Shown one piece after another: positions 60,922 through 62,045 of a DNA stretch of 62,045 nucleotides (its first letter is position 1; each line of letters starts with the position of its first letter). This DNA is from an uncultured Clostridia bacterium. GTDB lineage: Bacteria; Bacillota; Clostridia; Peptostreptococcales; Anaerovoracaceae. The stretch spans positions 1 through 62,045 of the forward strand of contig CALXBT010000083.1 of the NCBI GenBank assembly GCA_944386585.1, read 5' to 3'. Under the pieces are notes generated by a model that saw nothing but the letters and a program-made list of their open reading frames with translations, was not told the DNA's origin and ran no database searches. Made by a program: the position numbers and the translations under genes.

Positions 60922-62045
60922 ATGACCGCAAACGAACAGTTGGCCTCCGTGGGCCGGAATATCCAGGAGAAAGCCACCCTCATCTGGAATGTGGCAAACA
61001 CCCTTTTTGGAGCTTTTAAGCCCCATGAGTACGGCCTGGTGATCCTGCCGATGGTGGTGATCAAGCGGTTCCACGACTGTCTGCTGCCTACCCATCAGGC
61101 GGTGCTGGATACCTACAAAAAAGTAGAGCATCTGGCGGTGAAAGAAGGCTTCCTGCGGACTTCCGCCGGGTACCAGTTCTACAACACCAGCCCTTTTACC
61201 TTTGAGACGCTGCGGGCTGACCCGGAGAACATCAATGACAACTTCCGGGCCTATCTCAACGGCTTTTCCGATAATGTGCAGGACATCCTCGCCCGCATGA
61301 ATTTCAGCGCCCAGATCGACCGCATGGAGGAAGCGGGCCTGCTCTATCAGGTCATTGTGGACTTCTGTTCTGACAAAGCAGATATGAGTCCGGAAAAGAT
61401 CAGCGCCGTAGATATGGGCTACATCTTCGAGAACCTGGTGCAGCGTTTTTCCGAGTCCTACAACGAAGAGGCCGCAGCGCATTTCACCAGCCGGGATATT
61501 ATTTACCTGATGTGCGATCTGCTGGTGACGGGAGATCAGAACGCCTTCAACGGTGAGGGCATTACCAAGACTGTTTATGACATGACCATGGGCACCAGTC
61601 AGATGCTCACCTGCATGGAGGAGCGGCTGAAGCAGTTGGATGCCGATGCGGATGTAACCTGTTTTGGCCAGGAGCTAAACCCCTTCACCTTCGGTATCGC
61701 CAAGGCGGACATGCTGATCCGTGGAGGCGACCCGGATAATATGCAGTTTGGGGACACCCTGGACGATGATAAGTTCGAGGGCTACCAGTTTGACTACTGC
61801 ATTTCCAATCCGCCTTTCGGCATCGACTGGAAGCGGGAAGCCCCAGGGGTAGAGGCTGAGCACAAGCGTGGGGCTGCCGGACGGTTCGGCCCAGGGCTTC
61901 CCAGCAAAAGTGACGGGCAGATGCTGTTCCTGCTCAATGGCCTGTCCAAGCTGAAACCGGAGGGCCGCATGGCCATCATTCAAAACGGCTCTTCCCTGTT
62001 TACCGGGGACGCTGGTTCCGGCCAGTCGGAAATCCGCCGGTACTT
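60922..62045 (+). CDS. hsdM: Type I restriction-modification system DNA methyltransferase subunit HsdM. Only the 5' part is present; the gene runs off the window end.
   Basis: Not in the ORF track because there is no stop in the window. Translation is MTANEQLASVGRNIQEKATLIWNVANTLFGAFKPHEYGLVILPMVVIKRFHDCL... (HsdM_N-like), then YDMTMGTSQML (SAM motif I-like) and the catalytic ISNPPFG (61801-61821). Upstream promoter is TTGCTG-17-TATAAT. Confidence 0.88.
   Translation, partial: MTANEQLASVGRNIQEKATLIWNVANTLFGAFKPHEYGLVILPMVVIKRFHDCLLPTHQAVLDTYKKVEHLAVKEGFLRTSAGYQFYNTSPFTFETLRADPENINDNFRAYLNGFSDNVQDILARMNFSAQIDRMEEAGLLYQVIVDFCSDKADMSPEKISAVDMGYIFENLVQRFSESYNEEAAAHFTSRDIIYLMCDLLVTGDQNAFNGEGITKTVYDMTMGTSQMLTCMEERLKQLDADADVTCFGQELNPFTFGIAKADMLIRGGDPDNMQFGDTLDDDKFEGYQFDYCISNPPFGIDWKREAPGVEAEHKRGAAGRFGPGLPSKSDGQMLFLLNGLSKLKPEGRMAIIQNGSSLFTGDAGSGQSEIRRY

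Noticed and set aside
60895-61983. Minus-strand ORFs of 195 and 102 aa in the GC-rich end of the window
   Set aside because: They are shadow frames of the plus-strand hsdM gene, which is absent from the track only because it has no stop in the window. High GC suppresses stop codons in all frames.

Overview
This window is the chromosomal replication-origin neighbourhood of a low-GC, Clostridia-like Firmicute. The core block (29.7-48 kb) has the classic order: parB-parA-noc-rsmG-mnmG-mnmE-jag-yidC-yidD-rnpA-rpmH on the minus strand, then a bipartite oriC with DnaA boxes on both sides of dnaA, then dnaA-dnaN-recF-gyrB-gyrA on the plus strand.

Left of the core:
- a cobalamin riboswitch driving a truncated ECF T-component gene
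- a feoA-feoA-feoB operon plus a small Cys-rich ORF, carrying a repeated palindromic operator
- a MATE exporter
- an FGGY-kinase / BtpA / TIM-isomerase cluster
- a degenerate amidohydrolase
- a BlaI/BlaR1-like pair
- a DUF4430 lipoprotein
- MacAB-type and MarR-linked ABC exporters
- a large SLH/beta-helix surface protein next to a small serine recombinase

Right of the core:
- an RsbW-like anti-sigma / SigB-like sigma pair with no RsbV
- trpS, an arginase-family gene, plsC, a PAP2 phosphatase and an ABC exporter
- an SLH-GH18 protein and an HxlR regulator
- an accessory edge with an XRE gene, an atypical ISL3-like transposase and a visibly GC-richer truncated type I R-M hsdM

No rRNA, tRNA or CRISPR array was seen.

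The best candidate for something new is a possible invertible promoter between the recombinase and the surface-protein gene. Three inverted/direct repeat copies flank a near-consensus promoter that currently points the wrong way, and a G8 tract lies next to it. Secondary leads are the Cys-rich kinase-dead-looking anti-sigma factor, the feo operator motif, an orphan promoter-terminator RNA unit, and the tandem IR-like repeats at the ISL3-like element.

All family calls come from motifs read by eye. No database search was run.
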